Assembly: GCA_963674865.2 (NCBI GenBank)
Contig: CAXXYE010000002.1
Span: 1-64,000, forward strand
Origin: Candidatus Hydrogenedentota bacterium
GTDB taxonomy: Bacteria; Hydrogenedentota; Hydrogenedentia; Hydrogenedentales; SLHB01
Direction: 5' to 3'
Length of the DNA: 64,000 bases
Below the pieces are notes generated by a model. That model was given only the letters and a program-made list of their open reading frames with translations, was not told the DNA's origin and searched no databases. The position numbers were made by a program, and so were the translations under genes. Position 1 is the first letter of the stretch; every line of letters begins with the position of its first letter. Positions 39,399-50,389 of the stretch are shown piece by piece.

Positions 39399-39767
39399 AT
39401 GCTGGTTACGCTGTTGAAGAGTAAGATTCACCGCGCAACGATTACGCAGGCCGAGTTGGATTACGCGGGCAGCCTGACGTTGGATCCGGATCTCATGGAA
39501 GCGGCGGACATGCTGCCTTTCGAGCGGGTGCAGGTGCTGGACATCAATAACGGGGCGCGCTTCGAGACGTACATCATCGAGGGGGAGCGCGGCAGCGGGA
39601 CGGTGTGCCTAAACGGCCCGGCCGCCCGGATGGGTCAGGTCGGCGATCTCGTTATCGCGCTGACGTACGTCCAGATGGACGCCGAGGAGGCGAAGTCGTT
39701 CCGGCCGAAGGTTGTCCATGTAGACGAGAAAAACCGGATTAAGGCGGTTGACGCCCAACCGGCGTAG
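39399..39767 (+). CDS. panD: Aspartate 1-decarboxylase
   Basis: [27 protein letters not shown]. Confidence 0.97.
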   Translation: MLVTLLKSKIHRATITQAELDYAGSLTLDPDLMEAADMLPFERVQVLDINNGARFETYIIEGERGSGTVCLNGPAARMGQVGDLVIALTYVQMDAEEAKSFRPKVVHVDEKNRIKAVDAQPA

Positions 39768-39841
39768 GAGAGGGCGCTCGCGGGCAGGAGGTCGAAGTCG
39801 ACGAACACCGTCATGGCCGGTGGTCGTCGATTCACGCTACG

Positions 39842-40912
39842 TTAGGTCGGCAGAGATTTCGCGAGATTGCGGTTCAAGCCCATATCGCGGCTCTGGAGTT
39901 TGCGTTGCCAACGCCCTTCGATCTCCAGAATATCCTCGTGATTCGCGGCGGAACCGGCGACCTCAAGCACAGCCACCTGATAGTCACTCGGTTCGCGTGA
40001 TTTCAGGCCCGCGTTGCCGCCATGTCCGGTGTTGTAGTATTCCATCCACCGTTGCCAGAATCCGTTCTCGCCCGTCGCCGATCCTACGTATTGTTCCTTT
40101 GTCCTGGGACACGTAAGGATGTAGACGCCGCGCGATGATCGCAACGCCTCAATCCAAGTGCGCGGCAGCTTCCCTATTCGGGAGAGAGGTTCGATGAAGT
40201 TGATGAATCCGGGGAAGGGCGGCTCGCTTTCCTCTGGCCTCAGTTCGAGCACCTCCTTGTCGTGGCGATCCGCGTACTGGACCCACGCGAGTTTGGCCGG
40301 CCCCCACTCGATAACCAAGCGTCCGATCAGGTTTCGAAGTCTATCGTCGAGTCTGAGATCGTACATGTCAGAGGAGCCGGCGCGATCGATCTCGCCAACG
40401 ATGTGCGGCTTGGGACGGTCCTTTTTAAGCAAACCGCGATATGCGGCGCTGTAAAGTCCTGCGAATACGGTATCGTCGAAAGCGTCCGAAATGAAGACCG
40501 CCCAGTACGGCGCGGAGAATTTCTTCCGGTTCTTTGGGTTTTGGCTCGATTGATAGGCCTGAAACGCCTCCGGGTCATCGCGCCAGAGCTCGTAAGGAGA
40601 GCGACCTCGTGACGCCCTGTTATCTTTGTGGCGGACCAATCGGACATCTCTAGGCTCAATGCCGTGTTCTCTCAAGATACTGTTGAATGAGATTGTTATT
40701 TCAGGCCGATCCTTGTGCTGATGTGCCGTTTCGTTGGATGAGTCTCTGACTCGCTTGACGGATGCCGTGGATTTCCCCGTAAACACATAATCGTCCTGGT
40801 TCTTCCGACGCCATGCGCGGCCGTCCAATAGCGCGGCCGGCGGGGAGAACTGCTGCGATAATACGCCGTATGCCTGTGGGCCGCAAATACGAGAACCTGG
40901 GATAACGGCCAT
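39842..40912 (-). CDS. GIY-YIG nuclease family protein
   Basis: GVYIL...YVGSATG..GFWQRW..Y, ILEIE..W...GLNRN; true start may be downstream of 40912. Confidence 0.85.
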   Translation of the reverse strand: MAVIPGSRICGPQAYGVLSQQFSPPAALLDGRAWRRKNQDDYVFTGKSTASVKRVRDSSNETAHQHKDRPEITISFNSILREHGIEPRDVRLVRHKDNRASRGRSPYELWRDDPEAFQAYQSSQNPKNRKKFSAPYWAVFISDAFDDTVFAGLYSAAYRGLLKKDRPKPHIVGEIDRAGSSDMYDLRLDDRLRNLIGRLVIEWGPAKLAWVQYADRHDKEVLELRPEESEPPFPGFINFIEPLSRIGKLPRTWIEALRSSRGVYILTCPRTKEQYVGSATGENGFWQRWMEYYNTGHGGNAGLKSREPSDYQVAVLEVAGSAANHEDILEIEGRWQRKLQSRDMGLNRNLAKSLPT

Positions 40913-40985
40913 TCTCGCGTATCAAGCACAAGCCTCGGTGGACGTGGCATTCACGCCCGCTCGAGGTCGGTGAAGGTTTAATGCG

Positions 40986-41830
40986 TTGTCGCGCCCTTGC
41001 AGGGCTTGAGGCGTTGTGGCGACGGTTACGCGGCGCGTTGCGCCGGGCTGGTATGCGTCGCCCCTTCAGGGCGGAGAATGGCCCGTGTGCGATGGTGCAG
41101 GAGGGGGGCTGGTGTCCGGGGGGGGGGTGACGCTCAGACTGGGGTAGGCGCTATCGCCCCGTTCGGGGCTGTTGCTGGGACGGGCTGAGTTCCGTGGGCT
41201 CGCTTCGCTCACCCACGGCTACACGCGGGCGCCCCATTCGGGGCGTGGGATTGTTGGGATCTTGTGTGCGTGGGGCTGCGGTGTTCACCCACGGCTACAT
41301 GCGGGCGCCCCTTCGGGGCGGGGGGATGTCCCGTTTGCGATGGTGCAGGAGGGGGGCTGGTGTCCGGGGGGGTGACGCTCAGACTGGGGTAGGCGCTATC
41401 GCCCCGTTCGGGGCTCTTGATGGGGTGGCCGGGTTCCGTGGGCTCGCTTCGCTCACCCACGGCTACATGCGGGCGCCCCTTCGGGGCGTGGGATTGTTGG
41501 GATCTCGTGTGCGTGGGGCTGCGGTGTTCACCCACTCAGACTGGGGTAGGCGCTATCGCCCCGTTCGGGGCTGTTGCTGGGACGGGCTGAGTTCCGTGGG
41601 CTCGCTTCGCTCACCCACGGCTACACGCGGGCGCCCCATTCGGGGCGTGGGATTGTTGGGATCTCGTGTGCGTGGGGTTGCGGTGTTCACCTGCGGCTAC
41701 GTGCGGGCGCCCCATTCGGGGCGTGGGATTGTTGGGATCTTGTGTGCGTGGGTTGCGGTGTTCACCTGCGGCTACGTGCGGGCGCTCTGTTCGGGGCGGG
41801 GGCAGGATTATGCTGCCCCTGATGGGGCTG
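40986..41830. repeat. Mosaic array of REP-like units
   Basis: Repeated ctcagactggggtaggcgctatcgccccgttcggggc (3x), ccgtgggctcgcttcgctcacccacgg (3x) and tgcggtgttcacc (4x). Confidence 0.92.
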
Positions 41831-42412
41831 GACGTCAGGGTGGTGTCGTGAGCTCGGGCTGGCGCCCGGGGCTGGGTTCTTCCGCCGGCCGTGGCGGGCT
41901 ATTCAGCGGGAAGTGGGTGCGTTGCGATAGGGAAGCGCGGGGATTTGAGATTTCGGATCTCAGAGGAGCAGATGCGTGGGGCTGGCGTGGTGAAGGCGAG
42001 GGGATTAGAGATCTCGTAGAGGAGGCGGATTCGTGCGCGTGAAGCGGCGGGGAGGAGTTGCTCCTCGATGAGAGCCCCGGTGGCCGGGTTGCCAATTGTG
42101 CCGCGCGTCAAGTCATTGGAAACAAAGACACTGTCGAAATGGCTGGCCTCACCCATCTGGTGAGTCACTTTTGGAAGCCGACGCCACATCCAAGCGCCGT
42201 GTGCGCGGCACCGCTGAGTTATCCGGCGATGTGGGATGAGAGCGTGAGATTCGACTTATTGAGCCGTGCTAGGGCATAATGCGGCATCCCGCCCGTGTCC
42301 AGCGGATAGGCCGTCCGGGTCTTTGGAGAAGTCGTTTTTCAGGTTATTCTGAGCGGCTTCGCCTATTGCCGCGCCAATGAGGACGCGCGTGTGGGCGGGA
42401 CGAGGAAGGATT

Positions 42413-44128
42413 ATGGATAAGGTGAGCAAAGAGAATGTACGGCCGACGCCGGGCCTGGATTTCATCCGGGCGATTGTTGAGGACGACCTCCGAACGAATA
42501 AGTGGGAGGGACGCGTTGTCACGCGTTTCCCACCGGAGCCGAATGGCTATCTGCACATCGGGCACGCGAAGAGCATCTGCCTGAACTTCGGGATCGCCCA
42601 GCAATACGGGGGCGTGTGCCATCTTCGCTTTGATGACTCGAATCCGGTTACCGAGAAGGTGGAGTACGTCGACTCGATCAAGGAGGATGTCCGCTGGCTC
42701 GGGTTCGATTGGGGCGAGCACGAGTACTACGCTTCGGATTATTTCGATCAGCTCTACGAATGGGCAGTTCAGCTTATCAAGGCCGGCAAGGCGTATGTGT
42801 GCGACCTCGATCAGGAGGAGTTCGCGAAGGAGTACCGCGGCACGGTGACGCGGCCGGGCAAGAATAGTCCTTATCGCGAGCGCTCGGTTGAGGAGAACCT
42901 CGACTTGTTTGAGCGTATGCGGGCGGGTGAGTTCGAGGAGGGCGCGCGGGTGCTTCGCGCCAAGATCGACATGGCGCATCACAATATGCTGCTGCGTGAT
43001 CCCGTGATGTATCGCATCCTCAAGGCGCATCATCACCGGACGGGGGACAAGTGGTGCATCTATCCGATGTACGATTTCACGCACGGCCAGTCGGACTCGG
43101 TTGAGAAGATTACGCACTCGATCTGCACGCTTGAGTTCGAGGTGCATCGGCCGCTCTATGACTGGTATTTGGATGAATTGCGTGTTTACCATCCGCAGCA
43201 GATCGAGTTTGCCAAGCTTAACCTGACGTACACGATGACGAGTAAGCGGCGCTGCCTGGCGCTTGTCGAGGAAGGGCGTGTGCGGGGATGGGATGATCCG
43301 CGGATGCCGACGTTGTGCGGGCTGCGGCGGCGGGGCTATACGCCGGAGGCCATTCGTGACTTCTGCGGCCGCATCGGGATGGCGAAGGCCGAGAGCATCA
43401 ACGAGATCGAGCAGCTCGAGCATTGTGTGCGCGAGGATCTCAACAAGCGGGCGTCGCGCGTTATGGCGGTGTTGGATCCGCTCCGGGTGGTGATCGAGAA
43501 TTATCCCGAGGATCAGGTTGAGGAGATGGAGGCCGTCAACAATCCGGAAGACGAGGCCGCGGGCACGCGGAAGGTGCCTTTCTCGCGGGTGATCTACATC
43601 GAGCGCGAGGATTTCATGGAGGACCCGCCGCGGAAGTTCTTCCGGTTGGCGCCGGGCCGCGAGGTGCGCTTGCGGTACGCGTATTTCATCAAGTGTACGG
43701 ACGTGGTGAAGGATGAAAACGGCGAGATCGTCGAGCTTCGCTGCACGTACGATCCGGAGACGCGCGGCGGGAATAATCCGCCCGACGGACGGAAGGTCAA
43801 GGCGACGCTGCATTGGGTTTCGGCGGCGCACGCCATCGACGCCGAGGTCCGGCTCTATGAACGCCTGTTCACACGGGAGAATCCGCTCGATATCGAAGAG
43901 GGCGAGCATTGGATGGACTATCTGAATCCGGATTCATTGGAGATCCTGCCCGCGTGCAAACTGGAGCCGAGTCTGTCCTCGGCCAAGTCCGGCGAGAAGT
44001 ATCAGTTCGAGCGGAAGGGGTATTTCTGCGTCGATCCCGATACCACCGCAGAGAAGCCGGTATTCAATCGTACCGCCACGTTGCGCGATACGTGGGCGCG
44101 TATCCAACAGGCCCAGGCGAAGAAGTAG
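42413..44128 (+). CDS. glnS: Glutamine--tRNA ligase
   Basis: [53 protein letters not shown]. Confidence 0.96.
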   Translation: MDKVSKENVRPTPGLDFIRAIVEDDLRTNKWEGRVVTRFPPEPNGYLHIGHAKSICLNFGIAQQYGGVCHLRFDDSNPVTEKVEYVDSIKEDVRWLGFDWGEHEYYASDYFDQLYEWAVQLIKAGKAYVCDLDQEEFAKEYRGTVTRPGKNSPYRERSVEENLDLFERMRAGEFEEGARVLRAKIDMAHHNMLLRDPVMYRILKAHHHRTGDKWCIYPMYDFTHGQSDSVEKITHSICTLEFEVHRPLYDWYLDELRVYHPQQIEFAKLNLTYTMTSKRRCLALVEEGRVRGWDDPRMPTLCGLRRRGYTPEAIRDFCGRIGMAKAESINEIEQLEHCVREDLNKRASRVMAVLDPLRVVIENYPEDQVEEMEAVNNPEDEAAGTRKVPFSRVIYIEREDFMEDPPRKFFRLAPGREVRLRYAYFIKCTDVVKDENGEIVELRCTYDPETRGGNNPPDGRKVKATLHWVSAAHAIDAEVRLYERLFTRENPLDIEEGEHWMDYLNPDSLEILPACKLEPSLSSAKSGEKYQFERKGYFCVDPDTTAEKPVFNRTATLRDTWARIQQAQAKK

Positions 44129-44206
44129 GCCGGCACGGGACAACGAGCATCGGGCCGTAGTGCGGCGGTTGGGTGTGTCATTGTGCTTCTAGGAGAGGAC
44201 TCGTTG

Positions 44207-45142
44207 ATGACAAGGTGTATTCCGCGGCTCGGAGCATGCTGTTTTCCTGTATTCGCGGCGTCAGTCTTTCTTTGCCTTGGGAGCGCTTCGGCGGGCGATT
44301 TCACGCCTGTCGGAGATGAAGCCTATTCTATCCTCAAGGCGATCCATGACTACGACGCGACAATTCCGCTGGAGGCGCGGGTCGTCGAGAAGAAGGAGAA
44401 GGATGACTGCGTCCGGCGGAAAGTGGTGTTTCGCGGTGCGCGTGGCTTTCTCGTGCCTGGCAATCTCGAGATTCCCACGAAGGGTGAAGCGCCTTATCCT
44501 TGCGTGCTGTTGCTTCACGGCTGGTCGGGGTCGAAGGAGAACTGGTGGGACGAGGACAACTACATCAGCGGCGGGCATGTGCGCAAGGCGCTGGTGAAGA
44601 AGGGCTATGCCGTGTTCGCCCTCGATGCGCAGGGACACGGGGATCGCATCGCCGAGAATGACTACCAGGTCGTCAATATCTATAACGAGCCGGACGCGCC
44701 GCCGCGCAAGAATTACTTCACCCTTCGGGATATCGTGCTGCAAACCAACGTCGATTACCGCCGGGGCATCGATTACCTTGAAACAAGGGATGATATCGAC
44801 GCGTCGCGCATCGGCCTGGTGGGCTACAGCATGGGGGGCAACCAAAGCGTCTCGCTGACGGCGGTCGAGCCGCGCATCAAGGTGGCTGTGGGGTGCGTGG
44901 TGCCCGGCACGGCGTTCGACGACATTGTGCTTCTGTCGCACAACTATGCGCGTGGTATCGGGGATCGGCCCTTTCTCATGTTGATGGGCCGTGATGATCC
45001 CTTGTGCAAGGAAGAGCCGGCGCGTGAGCTGTACGGGTTGCTCGAGGGCCCGAACACGAAGCTCGTCTTCTACGATGCGGGCCACAAGCTGCCGTCTCGT
45101 TATGCCAAAGAGGCCGCAGCCTGGATAGCCGAGCATCTTTAG
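44207..45142 (+). CDS. Secreted alpha/beta hydrolase
   Basis: Signal peptide, LLHG, GYSMGG, D and GH catalytic residues. Confidence 0.85.
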   Translation: MTRCIPRLGACCFPVFAASVFLCLGSASAGDFTPVGDEAYSILKAIHDYDATIPLEARVVEKKEKDDCVRRKVVFRGARGFLVPGNLEIPTKGEAPYPCVLLLHGWSGSKENWWDEDNYISGGHVRKALVKKGYAVFALDAQGHGDRIAENDYQVVNIYNEPDAPPRKNYFTLRDIVLQTNVDYRRGIDYLETRDDIDASRIGLVGYSMGGNQSVSLTAVEPRIKVAVGCVVPGTAFDDIVLLSHNYARGIGDRPFLMLMGRDDPLCKEEPARELYGLLEGPNTKLVFYDAGHKLPSRYAKEAAAWIAEHL

Positions 45143-45187
45143 TGGCGTGAGTCGCGCTGATGGCGTCTTATTCTTGCCGCGAAAAGC

Positions 45188-45247
45188 AGGGACAGACACG
45201 TCTTCGTCCGCCTGCGGCGGACTCCGCTTGCGTCAGTCCCCGTTTTT
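45188..45247. repeat. GGGACA...GTCCC-bounded element related to 23045-23097
   Basis: Shared core ccgcctgcggcggactccgcttg. Confidence 0.8.
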
Positions 45248-45394
45248 TGTTTCTTCTTGGCGTTTCCGCGTCTGCGTGGGGCGGGCGTATCGAGGCGGGC
45301 TGTATTCCGGGCTCTTTCTCGTAGTATAGTCTCGCGCTAGGAATCCGGCCAGAAGGGGCGGTCCTAGTGACGGTTGCTCGAGGGGAAGATTACC

Positions 45395-47773
45395 GTGCAG
45401 GTGTTCGTATCTCCGGAAATTGATCGCATTCTGGATGAGGCGGCCAGGTTGAGCGCGCGCCGGGGGCAGTATTTCGTGGGGGTGGAGCATCTCTTCGAGG
45501 TGCTCATGGGCAATCAGACGATGCTGCCTCGGGAGGTTATGGAGCACCGTTTTCGGGCCTTTCAGGCGGCGGCCACCGAGCTGGGGCGCAATCCTTGGCA
45601 GGGCACGATGCCGGCCGTTGGGGCGGAGTGTTTCTACACGCCTCGCTGCGCGGCGCTTATCAATGACGCGGGCCGGTTTGCCAAGCGGCTCGGATGGGCG
45701 AAGCCCGGGGTGGGGCATCTCCTCATGGCGATGTTGGCGGATGCGCACGCGGCGCCGTGCCGCATACTGGATCAGCGGGGCTTCGATCGCGGTGAGTGCA
45801 TCAAGGACCTCCGGCGGGCGCTGTTGAAGAGCCGGCCGGCCGCTTCGCAGGACGCGGGGACATCCGCAGCCGCGCCTGAGGTGAAAGCCCAGCAAGCTCA
45901 GGCGGCCGTTACCACTCAGGATGATCAGGCGGAGAAGGCGCCGTTTTCGCTGGAAAGCATCACGCGGGATCTGACGCAAGCCGCGCGCGCGAAGAAGATC
46001 GAACCGGCGATTGGCAGGGACAAAGAAATCGTCGAGATGCTTCAGATCCTCATGCGGAAGAACAAGAACAACGTGATCCTCGTGGGTGACGCGGGCGTGG
46101 GGAAGACGAAGGTGGTGGAAGGGCTGGCGGTTGCGGCGGCGCGCGGCGGCGTGGGGGAGGTATTGGCGGGATACCGCATTCTGGAGCTGAATCACGCGGC
46201 GCTGATGTCGGGCACGCAGTACCGGGGGGCCTTCGAGGAGAAGGTCATGGCCCTGCTGGAGGAGCTGAAACAGCGCAAGGACGTCATTCTCTTCATCGAT
46301 GAAATTCACTTGATCATGGGTGCGGGGGCCACGGACGGTGGGGCGGTCGATCTGGCCAACCTGTTGAAGCCTGCGTTGGGGCGGGGCGAGTTCCGGTGTA
46401 TCGGCGCGACAACGCTCGACGAGTATCGGAAGTTCATCGAGCGCGACCCGGCCGTCGAGCGGCGCTTCCAGATGGTGCGGCTGAATGAACTCACGGAATC
46501 GGCCACCTACGCGGTGCTCAAAGCGCTCCAGCCTTCGTTGGAATCGCATCATGGTGTGCGGATCAGCAATAAGGCGCTGCTCGCGGCCATCAAGATGACG
46601 CAGCGTTATATGCCGGGCCGCAAACTGCCGGACAAGGCCATCGACGTGCTGGATCAGTGCTGCGCGCGGTACCGGCTGAAGGCGGTGGCGGCGAAGGCGG
46701 TGGCCGGCAAACGGCCCGAATTGGGATCGGCTGTGCGGCCGAGCGCGTCGGGCCGGGCGACGAATGCGGTGTTGCCTCATGACGTGCGCAAGGTGGTGAG
46801 TCTGATTACGGCGATCCCGTTGGAGGAGATCACCGCCGAGGAGCGGCTGCGACTGGGCGATTTGGAGCGGCGGCTCAGGCGGCGGATCGTCGGGCAGGAT
46901 GAGGCGGTGGCGCGTGCGGTGGCGGCGGTGAAGAAGTCGCGCACGGGGCTGGCCGATCCGAACCGGCCGACGGCCGTGCTGTTGTTTCTCGGGCCTTCCG
47001 GCGTGGGCAAGTCGCAACTCGCCAAGGAATTGACGGACACGGTGTTTGGCTCGTCGGATCATCTCTACACGTTCGACATGTCGGAATACGTCGAGGAGCA
47101 TTCGGTCTCGCGGCTGTTGGGCGCCCCGCCGGGTTATGCGGGAAGTGATGAGGAGGGGCGTCTGGCGCGGGCACTTCGGAAGTCGGCGTTCTCGGTGTTG
47201 TTGTTTGACGAGATCGAGAAGGCTCATCCGCGCGTGTTCGATATTCTCTTGCCGATTCTGGATGAGGGGCGGTCGAAGGATTCGCGCGGGCGCGATCTCA
47301 ACTTCAAGAACTGCATTATCATTCTCACGTCGAATGTGGCCGCGGCCACGCTCAGCCGCTCGCGTGGGAAGCAGGCCGGGGCCGTGATCAAAGAGCTGCG
47401 GCAGCATTTCCGGCCGGAGTTCATCAATCGAATCGACGAGATTGTTCCTTTTCATCCGCTGCTTTTCGAGGATATTCGGACGATCCTGCATTTGCATGCC
47501 GAGGATCTTCGCCGGCGGCTGAAGGATCGCGGCGTGGGAGTGCGGATCTACCAGGGAGCGTACGAGCACCTGGCGGAGCAAGGCTATAGCGAGGAATTTG
47601 GGGCGCGCGAACTGCGGCGGGTGTTTGAGCGCCATGTGATCAATCCCGCGAGCGACCTCTTGCTCGATGAGTCGTTCGAGCGAGGAGATGTGATCGAGGC
47701 GCTAATGGAGGATGGGAAACTGGTGATTCGCAAAGGGCAGCGCCAGGAACGGGAAGGAGCGGCGCCTGCATGA
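45395..47773 (+). CDS. Class 1 Clp/Hsp100 AAA+ ATPase with Clp-N domain and two NBDs
   Basis: [59 protein letters not shown]. Confidence 0.93.
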   Translation: MQVFVSPEIDRILDEAARLSARRGQYFVGVEHLFEVLMGNQTMLPREVMEHRFRAFQAAATELGRNPWQGTMPAVGAECFYTPRCAALINDAGRFAKRLGWAKPGVGHLLMAMLADAHAAPCRILDQRGFDRGECIKDLRRALLKSRPAASQDAGTSAAAPEVKAQQAQAAVTTQDDQAEKAPFSLESITRDLTQAARAKKIEPAIGRDKEIVEMLQILMRKNKNNVILVGDAGVGKTKVVEGLAVAAARGGVGEVLAGYRILELNHAALMSGTQYRGAFEEKVMALLEELKQRKDVILFIDEIHLIMGAGATDGGAVDLANLLKPALGRGEFRCIGATTLDEYRKFIERDPAVERRFQMVRLNELTESATYAVLKALQPSLESHHGVRISNKALLAAIKMTQRYMPGRKLPDKAIDVLDQCCARYRLKAVAAKAVAGKRPELGSAVRPSASGRATNAVLPHDVRKVVSLITAIPLEEITAEERLRLGDLERRLRRRIVGQDEAVARAVAAVKKSRTGLADPNRPTAVLLFLGPSGVGKSQLAKELTDTVFGSSDHLYTFDMSEYVEEHSVSRLLGAPPGYAGSDEEGRLARALRKSAFSVLLFDEIEKAHPRVFDILLPILDEGRSKDSRGRDLNFKNCIIILTSNVAAATLSRSRGKQAGAVIKELRQHFRPEFINRIDEIVPFHPLLFEDIRTILHLHAEDLRRRLKDRGVGVRIYQGAYEHLAEQGYSEEFGARELRRVFERHVINPASDLLLDESFERGDVIEALMEDGKLVIRKGQRQEREGAAPA

Positions 47774-48372
47774 GGCCATCCGGTTCGCCTGATTGTTTTG
47801 TCGTGGTCAACGGGCCTGAGGACGGCACGGAGTTCCCTGTCACGTCCGCGCCGTTCTACATCGGCCGGGATAGCGGCTGCGCCGTGAACATCCGGCTGGA
47901 CTCGGCCGTGCCGCCGACGGTTGCGCACGTGTCGGCCGTTTCGGGCGGGTACCGGGTGCGAAGCGCCGATGGGGCGGGGGTGTTTGTGGACGGTAGGCGC
48001 GCGGGTACGGTGCGTTCTCGGATGCTTCGCGATGGGGGGATGGTTCGGGTGGGCCACACGGTGCTGGTGCTGGATTGCGCCGCCGATGGGTTGGCGAGTC
48101 GCAGTTGGGGCGTCGGGTCGGAAAGCGATCTCTTGTGGGCGGGCCGGCAAGGCGTCAAGAGTCTTTGCGGGGCGTTCCGATGGATGGTTGGCCTGCTTCT
48201 GAGGATGGCGGGGCCGTTCGCGCGTCGGTGGCGTCGCAGCTTGGTGATCGGCGTCGTTCTCCTATGCCTTGTCTATCCTCGGTTTCGATACACGTTGTAC
48301 GGGCTTTTCCTGAGTCTATACTACCGCGTTGCCCACGCCATCCAGGGCCTTCTCCAGCAGATTCCCCAGTAG
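47770..48372 (+). CDS. FHA-domain protein with C-terminal TM segment
   Basis: VVNGP.DG.EF, IGRD, GVFVDG, LRDGGMVRVG; ATGA overlap with the Clp gene. Confidence 0.8.
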   Translation: MRPSGSPDCFVVVNGPEDGTEFPVTSAPFYIGRDSGCAVNIRLDSAVPPTVAHVSAVSGGYRVRSADGAGVFVDGRRAGTVRSRMLRDGGMVRVGHTVLVLDCAADGLASRSWGVGSESDLLWAGRQGVKSLCGAFRWMVGLLLRMAGPFARRWRRSLVIGVVLLCLVYPRFRYTLYGLFLSLYYRVAHAIQGLLQQIPQ

Positions 48373-48585
48373 AGCAACTTGTCTTCTCAGTCATCGCCAC
48401 TGGAGATCTGGGGACACGTAGTCGCGCCGGGGACGGCGCTTGGTACATGTCCCCAGATGTCTCAGCAGATTCCACAGTAGGGGGCGCATCCTTTGTTAGG
48501 GGACAAGGGCGCCTCACCCATCGGATATGGATAGAGGCGCCCTTGGTATGTGTCTGATCGCACTGGGGTGTTGCGGCCACCGGGG

Positions 48586-49497
48586 TTACTTGCGCATAGC
48601 GAATCCTCTTGGCTCCATGCTGTGGATCGCGAAGCCTGTGGCGCCGAAGGGGAAGGTGTTATCGTTGAAGATGGCCGTTCCGTTGATCTTCTTGTATAGG
48701 TTGTCGAACTTGTTCCATTCAACGTGTCCGTCCATGTAGAGCACGTTGCCGCCGCTGGGCCAGTGGGGGAAGTGCTCCACCATGCCGGCGCAGAGGCCAT
48801 CCCACATGACGGCAATGGATGCTTGCGCCTTGGCGCCGGCGGCCATATCGTTGACGTCCGTGATGAAGTACCTCTGGACCCCCTGCCTGAGGCGGTAGAT
48901 GGTTGTGGGGCCGGTGTAGTCGGCGGGCGGAGCAGGGAATTCCAGGTCCTCGTTCTTCATGTAGGCGCCTCTTTGCATCTGCTCGAGGAGGCCGTCCGTA
49001 TTGGCGTTCGCGCCGGGGCGTATCTTCATGTCCTTGTTGAACACCCAGCCGCAGTACTGATACGGCGCGGAGGTGATTTCGCATCCCTCGACGATCCCGT
49101 TGCCTGTGCCTTCCCATACCGTGCTCCACGTGTCGCCTACGTGTCTATCGTAGCGCCCGATGCCGTCGGTGGCGCCGTACCATGACGGGCAGATCAACGT
49201 GTCGATGTCGTCCAGGTACTCGGGAAACACTTGGCTGCCTTCAAACATGAGGCGCCAGGGGTTGTATTCGCCGGCGCAGGTCCATGTGTGCTGCTGGGGG
49301 TACCTTCCGTGTGATTCGTTGGCGTACATGCTGAAGGCCAATCCCAATTGCCTGAGATTGTTCTGGCAACTGGTACGGCGTGCCGCTTCCCGGGCGCGGC
49401 TGAGCGCGGGCAACAGGATGGCCATCAGTATGCCGATGATGGCAATGACAACAAGCAACTCTATCAAGGTGAAACCGTTCTTGGTTCTATACTTCAT
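48586..49497 (-). CDS. Prepilin-type N-methylation / DUF1559 / H-X9-DG protein
   Basis: [50 protein letters not shown]; alternative start at 49665. Confidence 0.93.
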   Translation of the reverse strand: MKYRTKNGFTLIELLVVIAIIGILMAILLPALSRAREAARRTSCQNNLRQLGLAFSMYANESHGRYPQQHTWTCAGEYNPWRLMFEGSQVFPEYLDDIDTLICPSWYGATDGIGRYDRHVGDTWSTVWEGTGNGIVEGCEITSAPYQYCGWVFNKDMKIRPGANANTDGLLEQMQRGAYMKNEDLEFPAPPADYTGPTTIYRLRQGVQRYFITDVNDMAAGAKAQASIAVMWDGLCAGMVEHFPHWPSGGNVLYMDGHVEWNKFDNLYKKINGTAIFNDNTFPFGATGFAIHSMEPRGFAMRK

Positions 49498-49776
49498 GGT
49501 GTAATTCCTTTTCATTTTGGCAACGGCGAAGCGGCCAATATGCCGCCAGGCCGGTGTGGCCGCTCCGTGGAGCGGCGCGTGTCGGTAGCCGGATTGCGTG
49601 CGGTATTCGCTGTGTTTGTGTGCGGCCGCCAACGTGGGTAGCGTCAAATGATTGTGTCGCGCCATATACCTCTACCGCCTGCCGCTCGGGGCCTGTGGCG
49701 GGACTACGGACGGGTTACGGCCGGGCACACCACAGGCACAGCATGGGCTGGTTAGAGAGGGGGTGATGTGGGGTGG

Positions 49777-50052
49777 TTAGCTGAGGGGCGGGGCGCGGGG
49801 CTCGGACTTGAGTGCGAAGCGTCGGCTTATTGGCACTTCGCAGACGGGAATGGGGCCGGCACGGCCTGAGAATAGCCACGCCAGCGAGGCGGCGCTGAGG
49901 CCGAGGAGGAGCGGGGTGTAGATGAGAAGGCAGAACGGGCAGTTCGCGTGATCGTGGCCGTGTTCGTGGCCGAGCAGGACGAGGAGCAGCTCGTGCAGGA
50001 CGGCCGCCATGAACAGGGCCACGAGCACGACGGCCACGACGCGGAGAAGCAT
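49777..50052 (-). CDS. DUF2946-like small membrane protein with HxxxCxxC and C-terminal RAPP
   Basis: MLLRVVAVVLVALF...GHEHGHDHANCPFC...KSEPRAPPLS; GGAG RBS. Confidence 0.8.
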   Translation of the reverse strand: MLLRVVAVVLVALFMAAVLHELLLVLLGHEHGHDHANCPFCLLIYTPLLLGLSAASLAWLFSGRAGPIPVCEVPISRRFALKSEPRAPPLS

Positions 50053-50155
50053 TGCTCCGTCGCATGCGCGTGCGCCGCGGCGTATCCTGACGCCGGCCTT
50101 GGAATTAGGTCCTAACACAAAGCAGCCCTTTACGGTACTCTATCAGCCGCCAAGA

Positions 50156-50184
50156 ATGTTATTGCAGCATATGCGTGATGTCAA
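50156..50184 (-). promoter_or_regulatory. Sigma70-type promoter for the RAPP ORF
   Basis: TTGACA, 17 bp, TAACAT; palindrome gcatatgc in the spacer. Confidence 0.6.
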
Positions 50185-50389
50185 GCAAGACAGCACGTTC
50201 TGTCCGCACGTTCCGGGCCGGGATAACGAGAGCACTGTGGGCCAATCCAGCAAATTGTATGTTGGGGAGTTACTGACTGCAGCGAGATTCGGTGATTCTC
50301 GCTACGGGAGCATAGGGCACCTTGCAGCCAGAGGCACCAGTAGCGATAATTCTGGATGCATAGGTCAAGTTAAGGCGGGGGTGAATGAG

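Noticed and set aside
45233..47635. 800-aa minus-strand ORF, and similar long ORFs at 24476..25807, 30857..32146, 42344..43909 and 60068..61390
   Set aside because: Antisense shadows of well-supported genes in GC-rich DNA, with no recognisable motifs.
45395..48372. Type VI secretion locus
   Set aside because: No sheath, Hcp, VgrG or baseplate genes nearby.
50105..50380. Integron attC site near the low-GC gene
   Set aside because: TAAC and GTT cores are present, but there is no convincing paired attC structure and no integrase.
50009..50389. N-terminal 127 codons of ORF 50009..51589
   Set aside because: Overlaps the divergent RAPP ORF and its promoter; ATG 50390 with a purine-rich upstream sequence is the better start.
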